A DNA stretch of 45,255 bases from Bacilli bacterium (lineage in GTDB: Bacteria; Bacillota_I; Bacilli_A; RFN20; CAG-826). The notes beneath the pieces are model-generated. The model searched no databases, was not told the DNA's origin, and saw only the letters and a list, made by a program, of their open reading frames with translations. Location: the NCBI GenBank assembly GCA_034116505.1, contig JAXERM010000012.1, positions 1 to 45,255 on the forward strand. Direction: 5' to 3'. The position numbers and the translations under genes are program-made. Numbering within the stretch: position 1 is the stretch's first letter; every line of letters begins with the position of its first letter. Below are positions 1-9,327 of the stretch, piece after piece.

Positions 1-1863
1 TCTTCTCCCCTTACTTTAAAACATGCTTTTAATCAAATTAATGATGAAGAATACGCTGATGAAGTGACATTATCTACTGAAGGCGAATATACTTTTACAA
101 ATAATTCCCCATTATATTTACGCTTAGAAAATAATAATGAAGCGGAAGTAAATGTCAATTATATTACCTTATATTATCCATGCGCGTCCGTGTACGAAGA
201 CTTTACTATCACTTATCACACTAATGGTGGTTCGATCGCAGATCATGAACCAAAAACACATTTCTGCGAACTAACAGAAAATAATGGGTTCTACTATACT
301 GAAAAAGCTGGAACTTATTTCGCTATGTATGCTTCTAAAATAATCATTATGCCCAGCTCTGTTAAAAATCAATCTTTCTTATGGGCATACAAATTAGGTT
401 TAAAAATACATAACTTAACAAATGAATACGAAGTTAATCAATATGTTGCCGCAGGTACATCTAATCAAGAAGTTTTAACAAACAGTGATTATTGGATTTA
501 TTGGCATGATGATTATACAACAATAAATACAGATTTTTTCGATCCTGCAAAAGATGAACCTAAAGTTAAAATCGGTAATGTGATTCATTTTGGCCAATCT
601 CTATCTGGGTCTAGTGAAGGGGCTTCAATAAGCGCAAAAATTTACACTAAAGAAAACGCCTCTATTTATGAAATTACTTATAATAACCTCGCTACTGTCC
701 CAGAAGTAATCAAAAGTGGAGATGTCTTTAAATATTGGAAAGCACAAAACAATAAAGACGCTTTATCTTTATATCAATACGGTAACAGCACTACTTTATA
801 TGCATATTACAACTCTGATTATCAAAAAGGTTTAGCGGTTTCTTATTTATACACAAACACATTAAAAACATCCGATAATGTTTTAAAGAATTCTGATATC
901 GTGATTTGTGCATTCGCTCATCCTAACGCCGATGGTACATTTTCTGATATGGCAGATACAATGTATCGAGCAAGAACAATTAAGAATACTATTAAAGAAA
1001 AGGGCTACGGCACTAAAGTATTATTCTCTATCCAAAACCCAATACCTATCCAAGAACCAACACAAATGTCTATTATTTCTGCAAGTGCTAAATTACGTGC
1101 CACATTCGTAAATAACATCGTAACAGCAATTAGGGATAATGGTATTGATGGTGTTGATGTTGATTGGGAGTTCCCAAAAGCTGAAGAAGCCACTAATTAT
1201 ACCCTTTTAATGAAAGATGTTTATGAAGGTGTTAAAGGTTTAAATTCTTCGCTCTTAGTAATGTCTTCAGTCGGGGTTGATACTTGGAAGCGTTATGATG
1301 TGACAAATTCACAAAATTATGTCGATTATTTCAACGTAATGACATACGATTTACAATCAACAGGCACTGTACAACATTGTTCAGCATTATATAAATATAC
1401 TTTTGGTGACAATAACACCTTGTCGAGTTATTCAAGCTGTGAAAAAGCAATCGGTTATTATATTAATGCTGGAGTGCCAACTAATAAATTATTATTAGGA
1501 ATCCCATATTATGGACGTGTCTATTCTGGTGTCAGTGGTATAGGTAGCACCGGCACAACAATTGGTATAGGTAGCTCTTATACAGGTTTAGCAATAATGC
1601 ATTTTTCCGCTATTATCGAAACATACAATAATGGCAATTCCGGATATGTATATTGTTATGATGACCAAGCTCAAGTTCCATATCTTGTTAATGAAGCAGA
1701 AGGTAAAGTTATTGTATATGATAACGAACTCTCAATTGCTAAAAAGGCTGAATACGCCAAAAACCTTGGTTTGGCTGGTTTATTCTCCTGGCAGGACGGC
1801 CTCGATTATGAAGACACATTAGCAAACGGCATGTTTGATAGTGTTAAAGGTTGGACTAAATAA
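1..1863 (+). CDS. GH18 chitinase-like glycosyl hydrolase, 5'-truncated by the window edge
   Basis: Frame 1 is open from nt 1, with no stop before the GTG at 64 used by the ORF track, so the gene continues upstream. The C-terminal half carries the family-18 catalytic signature DGVDVDWEFP (DxxDxDxE) and a downstream MTYD motif. The N-terminal half has TITYHTNGG... and YEITYNN...FKYW...LYAYY modules resembling Listeria-Bacteroides (InlB B / Flg_new) repeats. It ends in TAA followed by a hairpin terminator. Confidence 0.85.
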   Translation, partial: SSPLTLKHAFNQINDEEYADEVTLSTEGEYTFTNNSPLYLRLENNNEAEVNVNYITLYYPCASVYEDFTITYHTNGGSIADHEPKTHFCELTENNGFYYTEKAGTYFAMYASKIIIMPSSVKNQSFLWAYKLGLKIHNLTNEYEVNQYVAAGTSNQEVLTNSDYWIYWHDDYTTINTDFFDPAKDEPKVKIGNVIHFGQSLSGSSEGASISAKIYTKENASIYEITYNNLATVPEVIKSGDVFKYWKAQNNKDALSLYQYGNSTTLYAYYNSDYQKGLAVSYLYTNTLKTSDNVLKNSDIVICAFAHPNADGTFSDMADTMYRARTIKNTIKEKGYGTKVLFSIQNPIPIQEPTQMSIISASAKLRATFVNNIVTAIRDNGIDGVDVDWEFPKAEEATNYTLLMKDVYEGVKGLNSSLLVMSSVGVDTWKRYDVTNSQNYVDYFNVMTYDLQSTGTVQHCSALYKYTFGDNNTLSSYSSCEKAIGYYINAGVPTNKLLLGIPYYGRVYSGVSGIGSTGTTIGIGSSYTGLAIMHFSAIIETYNNGNSGYVYCYDDQAQVPYLVNEAEGKVIVYDNELSIAKKAEYAKNLGLAGLFSWQDGLDYEDTLANGMFDSVKGWTK

Positions 1864-1875
1864 CATTAAACACAC

Positions 1876-1916
1876 AAAAAACACCTTAAGATGTGGAAGT
1901 CTTAAGGTGTTTTATT
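1876..1916. terminator. Bidirectional rho-independent terminator between the convergent GH18 gene and thiI
   Basis: A perfect 10-bp stem pairs ACACCTTAAG (1881-1890) with CTTAAGGTGT (1901-1910) around a 10-nt loop. It is flanked by an A-run upstream and TTTATTATTT downstream. Confidence 0.8.
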
Positions 1917-1918
1917 AT

Positions 1919-3112
1919 TTATAATAAATCGTCATTATTATCTTCTTCACTCGAGATAAATTTTACTTCGAGATTATTTAACGCTTCTTGAATTAAAGGT
2001 TCATAATCGAATTCATTTTCGAATTTTAAACATTCATCTAAATGAGGAGCGGTTTTAGGATTTTTAGGAGTGAAGATTGTGCAGCAATCAATAAATGGTC
2101 TAATTGAGATATCATAAGTGCCAATCTTCTTAGAAATATTGATAATGTCAACTTTATCCATACAGGCGCATGGACGAATTATCGGTGTGTTTGTCACTTC
2201 GTTAATTACTTTCATCGATATTAATGTTTGGCTAGCAACTTGACCAACAGATTCCCCACTAGAGATAACAGGACATTTTCTTCTTTTTGCTAGACGATCC
2301 GCTAGGCGGAACATCATTCTTCGCATCATCGTAATACAATAAGATTCTGGAACATGATCATATATCGCTTCTTGAATCTTGGTAAAAGGAATAATGTGCA
2401 AGCGGATACGAGGCTGATAATTATTTAATACTTTTAATAAATCTTCTAATTTATAGATAACCCCTTGTTGTGTATATGGAGGAGAAGCAAAATGAATGCA
2501 TTCAATGCTTACGCCTCTTTTCATCATTAAATAAGCCGCGACCGGAGAATCAATTCCGCCAGAAAGCATATGCATCGATTTTCCACCTACTCCTAAAGGA
2601 TAACCGCCTGCCCCTAAGAATGTTTTTGCAAAAATATAGCAAGCTTCATTTCTTACTTCGATAGAAAGAAGGATATCGGGGTTATGAACATCAACTTTCA
2701 AAGATAAATTTCTTAAGATATGACCGGCAACCATCCGTGTAATATCATCAGAAATAATCGGATATTGTTTATCACTTCTTTTGACTTTAATTTTAAAAGT
2801 ATTTCCTTCTTCTTGTTGAATCAACATCAACGAAGTTTCTTTAATTTTTTCAATGTCGCGGTCAATTAATTTATAAACTAAAGATAAAGATTGAATACCA
2901 CTGACACCTTGCAAACGGTTGATAACAGGTTGATAATCTTCGCCGTTTAATATCACATAAATATGGTCAAATCTCGTCTCAAACTCTAAAGAGGGGAAAT
3001 CTTTCAATGCTTGTTTAACATTTTTAGCTAAGATACGAATAAAATCTTTTTTGTTTTTCCCTTTAGTGGATAATTCACCAAAACGAATCATTATATGGTC
3101 ATATGTCATCAT
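1919..3112 (-). CDS. thiI: tRNA 4-thiouridine(8) synthase / tRNA sulfurtransferase ThiI
   Basis: The N-terminus is the canonical IMIRFGELSTKGKNKKDF. A PP-loop SGGIDSPVAAY is present. At 397 aa it lacks a rhodanese domain, as is usual in Bacillota. It sits directly downstream of a cysteine desulfurase, the conserved nifZ-thiI pair. Confidence 0.95.
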   Translation of the reverse strand: MMTYDHIMIRFGELSTKGKNKKDFIRILAKNVKQALKDFPSLEFETRFDHIYVILNGEDYQPVINRLQGVSGIQSLSLVYKLIDRDIEKIKETSLMLIQQEEGNTFKIKVKRSDKQYPIISDDITRMVAGHILRNLSLKVDVHNPDILLSIEVRNEACYIFAKTFLGAGGYPLGVGGKSMHMLSGGIDSPVAAYLMMKRGVSIECIHFASPPYTQQGVIYKLEDLLKVLNNYQPRIRLHIIPFTKIQEAIYDHVPESYCITMMRRMMFRLADRLAKRRKCPVISSGESVGQVASQTLISMKVINEVTNTPIIRPCACMDKVDIINISKKIGTYDISIRPFIDCCTIFTPKNPKTAPHLDECLKFENEFDYEPLIQEALNNLEVKFISSEEDNNDDLL

Positions 3113-3113
3113 A

Positions 3114-4253
3114 TTATTTCACTTCCTCCACGATCTTTTCTAACGATGATATAAACTTATTTATATCATTTTCATTATTTGATAAATCCACACTAACACG
3201 AATTGTGTTATGGGCTAATAATTCATTATGTTTAATTGCTTGCACAACATAACTGATTGGTTCTTCTTTTGCGTGACAAGCAGAAACACTACTAACCATA
3301 ATACCTGCATTAGATAAAGCTTCCACGACCACACTAGCTTTTTTATTTAATAATGAAAAATTCACAATATGAACATTTTCTTTTGAATTTAAAACATATA
3401 AGTCAGGATGCTTTAATAAATAATCCACTAATAAAGAAGATAATCTTTTTGCATGTACATATAGTTGTTCTTTTCTTGATAAAGATAGTCTAAGTGCCTT
3501 GGCTAATGAAGCAAAAAGCGCGACATCACTTGTGCCACTTCGATAATTATTTTCTTGTCCTCCACCAGAGAATAGCGGTAATAAATTAATGTTTTTTCTT
3601 TTTAATAAACAACCACTGCTATTGAGTCCATGAATCTTATGACCGCTAAAAGTGAACATATCTATATCTTGATATGGCAAATCAATTTTTCCAATCGCTT
3701 GTGTGGCGTCAACATGAAAAGCAATTAAAGGATAATCTTTTAATAAAGCCGCCATTTCTTTAATCGGATTAATGGAACCAATCTCATTATTAACCGCCAT
3801 AAGGGAAACTAATATTGTCTCTTTTTTTATTGCGTCTTTTAATTGTTTAACTTCAATAATACCTGCTTCATTAACGGGCAATACCGTAATATCAAAGCCA
3901 AAATAATCTCTCAATTGATAGAATATTTCTAAAACAGAAGGATGTTCAATATTAGAAGTGATAATATGTTTTCCGCGATTTTTATTGTATAAACAATAAC
4001 CTTTAATCGCTAAATTATTGCCTTCGGTGGCCCCGCTTGTAAATATTAATTCATGACTAGATTCAATATTAAAAAGATGCAATATTTGCGTTCTAGCTTT
4101 TAATAACAAGCGGTCTGCTTCTTGCCCTAATAAATGGATGCTAGAAGGATTGGCAAAATATTGTTTTTTAACTTTATTAAAAGTTTCTATTACTTCTTCA
4201 TCCACTAAAGTGGTAGAAGCATTATCTAAAAATATTATTTCTTTATCGGCCAT
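3114..4253 (-). CDS. iscS: Class V aminotransferase-fold cysteine desulfurase (NifZ/IscS-like, ThiI partner)
   Basis: It contains FLDNASTT, GATEGNN, the PLP-lysine motif SGHKIHG and a C-terminal SACH active-site Cys region. The ORF track starts at 4316, but I prefer the ATG at 4253 (MADKEIIFLDNAST), which reduces the overlap with ezrA to 11 nt. The start is uncertain; 4271 is also possible. Confidence 0.9.
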   Translation of the reverse strand: MADKEIIFLDNASTTLVDEEVIETFNKVKKQYFANPSSIHLLGQEADRLLLKARTQILHLFNIESSHELIFTSGATEGNNLAIKGYCLYNKNRGKHIITSNIEHPSVLEIFYQLRDYFGFDITVLPVNEAGIIEVKQLKDAIKKETILVSLMAVNNEIGSINPIKEMAALLKDYPLIAFHVDATQAIGKIDLPYQDIDMFTFSGHKIHGLNSSGCLLKRKNINLLPLFSGGGQENNYRSGTSDVALFASLAKALRLSLSRKEQLYVHAKRLSSLLVDYLLKHPDLYVLNSKENVHIVNFSLLNKKASVVVEALSNAGIMVSSVSACHAKEEPISYVVQAIKHNELLAHNTIRVSVDLSNNENDINKFISSLEKIVEEVK

Positions 4254-5976
4254 TGTTTGAATCTTCGACATGCATGCGGCGATATAAGGAGTTCGCGTCA
4301 TGATAAACTTTGCCAAATTCCCCGTTAAAGAAAGATTTTTCTAAAACGCACAATTGTTGATGCACATCTTGTTGGTGTTTGCGGTCTCTATTGGCATAAA
4401 CAATCGCTGACTCCGCTAATTGGCATTCACGATATTTATTTTCAATATCTTCAAATAACGCATTTGCGATATGTTTTAATTCTTCTACTTTTTCATTAAC
4501 GGCCGCAACATCGATTGGTTTTGTTTTAATTGTTTGATCAATTTCATTGAGTAAATTATAACAAGTCTCAATTTGCGGTTGATAATTATCGTATAAAGGA
4601 GTGACGTTAATTTCTCTTAACATCGCTTCACATTTTTTACAATTATAATAATAGACAAACACCATGCTATAAGCTTCTTCAGAATATGACTTTAATCCTT
4701 CGATATAAGCCTTGAAATCTTGAATGCCTTTATAAGCAACATCATAATCTTTTTTCAATTCTTCCATTTTACTACGTAAGATGGAATAAGGTTGTTTTGT
4801 TCCACTATGGATGTAATTATCTAAGACACGCTTAGATTTACCGAGATTATTCATATCAGTCTTTAAAACTTCGATGTTTTGTAATTGTTCTTTACAGATG
4901 ATATAAACATCATTTACTTCCGGTAATAAAGAACAGATTTTTAAGAATTCTTTTTCTAAATTAATCGCACTTTGATAAAGGCCTAATTCTTCTGTTTCGA
5001 AGATTTTTTTATCTTCAATTTCATTAATTAAGCGATTATGCATTTGCTCCACTTCTTCAATGATTTTCTCTAATTGTTCCATGATCCCAGCGGTCTTTAA
5101 TTGGATTAAAGAATTTTTAACATGTTCTAAAGTTTGATTCCATTCATCGACTTTATGACGGAAAGATAAATTGAATAATGGGATACCTTTTCTTTCGTAT
5201 TCTGTATATTCGTTTGTTAAATTATGAATCTTTTCTGGTACGACAGTTTGTAAAACGATGCATAAATTAGGTAGAGAAGATAATGCGGATTCTAATGCCT
5301 TAATAACATTCGCGATTACTGGCAATAAATTATTAGCTTCTTCATATTCAGCACTTTCAATATGTTCATCGAAATCTAAAAAGTTACGGTCTAATTTATC
5401 AAAAACTTTTGTAAATGAAGTTGCCACTAATTCTAGGTCGTTAGAATTGGAATAAAAGATTTTCTTAACGCGACGATAATTTTCTCTTAATTTCAAAATA
5501 GCTTGTCTTGCTTCTTCTTCCGGTTTAATCACTTCCACTAAATCGCGGTCTAATAAAGTCACCGCTTCTTCAAAAGAATTAATTGCGTGCTTTGCGTCAC
5601 TAATGACAGCTTTAAGGTTTTTATATTGTCCTCCCGCCACTAAAGAGTTGAGTTGCTTTAACATTGATTGAGCAAAACGATCATCATTTTCAAATACTTC
5701 TTTAAAGCGTTTAGAATATTTTGTGTATTTTTCCACATATAAAAGATTTGTACGCGAAATAATTTCTAAACGGTTAATATATTGACTATCTTGACCCACC
5801 AGCAAAGCGTTGCAATAAGAATATTTCTTTTCTAAATCACGGATTTGACGTTTATAGGCTTTACGAGAAAAGACAAAAACATATAAAAGAATAAAAACAA
5901 TCACTAGAATAACTGCGATAACGGAGATGATAATGGCAATACCAACAATGTTATTATCAGAAGCTAAGATATGCAT
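4243..5976 (-). CDS. ezrA: Septation ring formation regulator EzrA
   Basis: The 577-aa protein has a single N-terminal TM helix (IVGIAIIISVIAVILVIVFILLYVFVF) followed by SRKAYKRQIRDLEKKY and a long, repeated coiled-coil body. That is the typical EzrA architecture, and the position next to iscS/thiI and rpsD is as in Bacillus. Confidence 0.9.
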   Translation of the reverse strand: MHILASDNNIVGIAIIISVIAVILVIVFILLYVFVFSRKAYKRQIRDLEKKYSYCNALLVGQDSQYINRLEIISRTNLLYVEKYTKYSKRFKEVFENDDRFAQSMLKQLNSLVAGGQYKNLKAVISDAKHAINSFEEAVTLLDRDLVEVIKPEEEARQAILKLRENYRRVKKIFYSNSNDLELVATSFTKVFDKLDRNFLDFDEHIESAEYEEANNLLPVIANVIKALESALSSLPNLCIVLQTVVPEKIHNLTNEYTEYERKGIPLFNLSFRHKVDEWNQTLEHVKNSLIQLKTAGIMEQLEKIIEEVEQMHNRLINEIEDKKIFETEELGLYQSAINLEKEFLKICSLLPEVNDVYIICKEQLQNIEVLKTDMNNLGKSKRVLDNYIHSGTKQPYSILRSKMEELKKDYDVAYKGIQDFKAYIEGLKSYSEEAYSMVFVYYYNCKKCEAMLREINVTPLYDNYQPQIETCYNLLNEIDQTIKTKPIDVAAVNEKVEELKHIANALFEDIENKYRECQLAESAIVYANRDRKHQQDVHQQLCVLEKSFFNGEFGKVYHDANSLYRRMHVEDSNNGR

Positions 5977-6149
5977 AAAATTCCCTCCAATTATGTTCTA
6001 TATATCGAATTACAATAAAATTGTATTTTTTAATATCTTGTGAATTAATTCTAAATGTTTTTATGCTTCACCGCAACTTTATTGTAAATAAAACAATCGT
6101 TTGTTCGATAATACTGGTTTAAAAGGCAAAAATCGATGAAAAAGATGAA

Positions 6150-6338
6150 AAAAAGTTTGATTATAATGTCGGTATTTATTATATTAATACTGCATGTAAT
6201 GCAGCATGTGAATACGACTTGTCTGATGTTCTTAATTAAGAAGTAGCCGAAGCTCAATGGTGAAATAAGAACACCCGGAGTCAGGGATTCACACCTATTC
6301 ATTATTTTGCAAAAAAATAAAGAAAAGGAGGATATATC
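6150..6338 (+). promoter_or_regulatory. rpsD 5' leader, a possible S4 autoregulatory mRNA element (promoter not pinned down)
   Basis: A 360-bp non-coding gap lies upstream of rpsD. A TATAAT is at 6162-6167, with TG two nt upstream. A local hairpin pairs CTGCAT with ATGCAG (6190-6204). A possible long-range pairing joins TGTGAAT (6207-6213) to ATTCACA (6287-6293). A strong SD AAGGAGG is at 6325-6331. S4 autoregulation through the leader is known for Bacillus rpsD, but the structure here is unverified. Confidence 0.3.
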
Positions 6339-6944
6339 ATGAGATATACAGGATCAGATTGGAAAAGAAGCCGTCGTCTTGGTTTTTCTACACTCGAAAC
6401 TGGTAAAGAATTAAAGAAACGTCCTTATGGGCCAGGCCAACATGGTAACGCTCGTAAAAAGAAATTATCAGAATACGGTAAACAATTAACAGAAAAACAA
6501 AAATTAAGACAAATGTACGGTGTCAACGAAAGACAATTCCGTCGCTTATTCATGATCGCTTTAGCTTCTAAAGAAGTCACAGGTGTCGCTTTCATGAAAT
6601 TATTAGAAAGCCGTCTTGATAATTTAGTCTATCGTATGGGCTTCGCTCGTACACGTAGAGCAGCTAGACAATTAGTCAACCACGGTCACGTCGAAGTCAA
6701 CGGAAAGAAAGTTGATATCCCATCCGCATTATGCTCTGTTGGTGATGTTATCGCAATCAGAGAAAACAGCCGCGATCTTAAAGTTGTTAAAGAATCTTTA
6801 GATTCATTAGGAACAAAATGGCCTTGGGTTGAAGTTGATGCGGAAAAACTTTCTGGTAAATATGTGCGCGAAGTTGAACGCAATGAATTACCAAAAGATA
6901 TTCAAGAAAGTCAAATCGTTGAATTCTACAACCGTAAGCTCTAA
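6339..6944 (+). CDS. rpsD: 30S ribosomal protein S4
   Basis: The sequence begins [17 protein letters not shown]...[22 protein letters not shown], with the S4 RNA-binding domain [29 protein letters not shown]. It has a strong SD. Confidence 0.98.
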   Translation: MRYTGSDWKRSRRLGFSTLETGKELKKRPYGPGQHGNARKKKLSEYGKQLTEKQKLRQMYGVNERQFRRLFMIALASKEVTGVAFMKLLESRLDNLVYRMGFARTRRAARQLVNHGHVEVNGKKVDIPSALCSVGDVIAIRENSRDLKVVKESLDSLGTKWPWVEVDAEKLSGKYVREVERNELPKDIQESQIVEFYNRKL

Positions 6945-6964
6945 TCTAAGATTACAAGCAAAGA

Positions 6965-6997
6965 AAAAGTCGTTAATGTTCTTAACGGCTTTTTTTG
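6965..6997. terminator. Rho-independent terminator after rpsD, also positioned for the convergent NAPRT-family gene
   Basis: The stem pairs GTCGTTAA (6969-6976) with TTAACGGC (6982-6989), 8 bp including one G-U, around the loop TGTTC. A T7 run follows and an A-run precedes it. Confidence 0.75.
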
Positions 6998-7014
6998 TTA
7001 TTAAAATTGAATGA

Positions 7015-8112
7015 TTAATAGATAGGATACGCTACTTTCTTTAAGCGACTATTTGGATAATTTTCTCTTCCTTCTTTTGCTTGTTTATTTCCGTCAAGCA
7101 TGACCAAATCGCCGGTAAATCCACATGTCGTATTGTTGACAAAATATGTTCCAACACCATACATGTCAACTGGGACATTTAACGCTTTCCATTCTTTGAT
7201 CTTTTCGGCTGTGAATGAAGAAGAAACAACAATTTTTACATAGGTAAAACCTTCATCATCTAACGCTTTTCTTAAAGCAAAGATCAATTCTTTACAAACA
7301 CCATGAGGATCAAATCCACTAGTATCTTTATCATCGAAATAATGATCGATTAATGATTTAGAAGTGTCGACACGGACAGCGTTTAATTTTTCTTTTAAAT
7401 GTCTCGCTAAAAGTAAAGAATCACGAACCACATTATTATGGTAATCGATTAAAGCGGTGACTTTTTCGTTTGGGAATGATTTTAAATAAATATCAGCGGC
7501 TTTAAGTACATCACCACCACAAATTTGAATCAAAGCATGTGGCATTGTTCCCATACCTTTTCCACCCCACCATAATCCTTGCGCGTCAGTCGATACTTTT
7601 TTAATGCCCGCAACATAAGTTGCATAGCCATCACCAATTTGTGTATGATAATCGTCTTGACGATCCCCCATCGAGAAGATTGGTGTATCACCAATTTCCT
7701 TCATCACGTTATATACGTTTGTGGCCACGCTGCTACGGCGAGCTAAAATACCGTCCACGACTGATTCTAAGAAACCAAAATTTTCATATTTACCAGTAAC
7801 TTTTAAGACAGGTTCACCATAATTAATGATATCTCCATCATTTAAAGCTTCGATTTCTAATTCTTCTGGGTGAATCGCAAATGTATGAATTAATGCAATT
7901 GCCTCATCAACACCACAGAGCATTGTGTCATCTCTTCTTTGAAACCATTGCATCGTGACAATGTGGTTTGGTTCATTTTCTTTAACGATTTTATTGCTTT
8001 TTAAAAAATAATTTGCGGAATAAAATCCATCTTTTAATTTGGGATCAAATTGGAATGTCTTGTTCGTTAAACGAGATATCTTTCCTTGTTCCTTTAATTC
8101 AATCTCCAACAT
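7015..8112 (-). CDS. Nicotinate phosphoribosyltransferase-family protein (type II PRTase, short archaeal/Firmicute form)
   Basis: The 365-aa protein has an N-terminal FYSANYFLK, GTMPHALIQ, AVRVDTS and a C-terminal GVGT. These resemble the NAPRT/QPRT superfamily. Substrate assignment is by family resemblance only. Confidence 0.7.
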   Translation of the reverse strand: MLEIELKEQGKISRLTNKTFQFDPKLKDGFYSANYFLKSNKIVKENEPNHIVTMQWFQRRDDTMLCGVDEAIALIHTFAIHPEELEIEALNDGDIINYGEPVLKVTGKYENFGFLESVVDGILARRSSVATNVYNVMKEIGDTPIFSMGDRQDDYHTQIGDGYATYVAGIKKVSTDAQGLWWGGKGMGTMPHALIQICGGDVLKAADIYLKSFPNEKVTALIDYHNNVVRDSLLLARHLKEKLNAVRVDTSKSLIDHYFDDKDTSGFDPHGVCKELIFALRKALDDEGFTYVKIVVSSSFTAEKIKEWKALNVPVDMYGVGTYFVNNTTCGFTGDLVMLDGNKQAKEGRENYPNSRLKKVAYPIY

Positions 8113-8716
8113 AATTTGTTTCCTCCATTTGGAAAAAGTCTTTTCCTAACATATTTTTATCATCAACAACGACTATTTCATCGTCAAAAGATAAACCTAA
8201 TTCTTTATTTGTGCAAATATGACCGTTTAGTAATGTGCCTTCAAATACACTTTCCTTCACTAATTCACCATTATTTAGTCTCGTGCCACTTTTTGTCACA
8301 ACCACTAAGTCATGAATATTAACATTTTTATCTTTAATGATTGTGCTTATGACATCATTTTTTGTGTCAACAATCACATATTTTTTATGTTCATCTAAAT
8401 CGATAACATCAATCACTTCACCCACGAAATATTGGGGATTATCATTAAATTCTAAAGTGGTTAATTGATGATTGACTAAAATGGAATTAATAATTTCTAT
8501 TAAAGGTAAAGATGGTGAAAAGATTTGCCCATTTGTTTTAATCTTCACCACTTCTTTAATATTAAAAATGTTGTATCCTAATAACACATCATCATGATAA
8601 AGCGATACGACATTATCATTAATCACAACACGATTATTTTCTAGTTCATTATTAAAAATAATAATTAAGACATCGCCGATATTTTTATAGGAATAATAAA
8701 GTACATAATCTCTCAT
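8099..8716 (-). CDS. ytpR: YtpR-like tRNA-binding domain protein (DUF4479 + tRNA_bind OB fold)
   Basis: The 205-aa protein aligns by eye with B. subtilis YtpR at GDVLII, GYNIFN, FVGEV and ICTNKELGL. It ends in TGA and overlaps the downstream start by 14 nt. Confidence 0.75.
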   Translation of the reverse strand: MRDYVLYYSYKNIGDVLIIIFNNELENNRVVINDNVVSLYHDDVLLGYNIFNIKEVVKIKTNGQIFSPSLPLIEIINSILVNHQLTTLEFNDNPQYFVGEVIDVIDLDEHKKYVIVDTKNDVISTIIKDKNVNIHDLVVVTKSGTRLNNGELVKESVFEGTLLNGHICTNKELGLSFDDEIVVVDDKNMLGKDFFQMEETNYVGD

Positions 8717-9327
8717 AATTTTTTAACCTTTATTCGATATATTGGTTGTCCTTTTGTGCGAAAATTGATTTCGTATTCTGTCAAAGCATCATAAGGATCT
8801 AAACCATCGTAATTATCATCGTTACTAGTAATAGTAAATGAAGATAAATTAGATAATGTTTCTAAAGTAAATAAATATAAATCACGGTTATCTGTTTTAA
8901 AGATTATTTCTCCATCTTTAGTTAATACACGGTGATATTTAAGGAAGAAATTTTCCGCTGTTAATCTTCTTTTTGCGTGACGTTTTTTAGGCCATGGATC
9001 AGAGAAATTTAAGAAGATAGTTTTTACTGAATTATCTTTTAATTCATCCAATAATTTATCAGCGTCGATATACATTAATTTTGCGTTATTGATATGTCCT
9101 TCATATAATTTTTTGGCTAATATACCAGAGCAAGTGGTATTACGTTCAACACCGATAAAATTTTGTTCAGGATATTTATTCGCCATATCAACTAAAAATT
9201 TCCCTTTCCCAGATCCGATTTCTAATAATAATGGCATTTTTAAATCATTTATGGTGGAAGGATCCACTAATAATTCGGGATGTTCTTGTAAAAATGGCAA
9301 AGCCCAAGCTTTATATTTTGTTCTCAT
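8713..9327 (-). CDS. trmB: tRNA (guanine46-N7)-methyltransferase TrmB
   Basis: It contains LLEIGSGKGKF (SAM motif I) and NFSDPWPKKRHAKRRL. The 204-aa protein shares an ATGA stop/start overlap with ytpR. Confidence 0.95.
   Translation of the reverse strand: MRTKYKAWALPFLQEHPELLVDPSTINDLKMPLLLEIGSGKGKFLVDMANKYPEQNFIGVERNTTCSGILAKKLYEGHINNAKLMYIDADKLLDELKDNSVKTIFLNFSDPWPKKRHAKRRLTAENFFLKYHRVLTKDGEIIFKTDNRDLYLFTLETLSNLSSFTITSNDDNYDGLDPYDALTEYEINFRTKGQPIYRIKVKKL

Noticed and set aside
6051-6302. An 83-aa minus-strand ORF lies in the ezrA/rpsD intergenic region.
   Set aside because: It is low-complexity and Ile/Phe/Asn-rich, with no SD. It lies antisense to the rpsD leader and resembles no family. 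It is most likely a chance ORF in AT-rich DNA.
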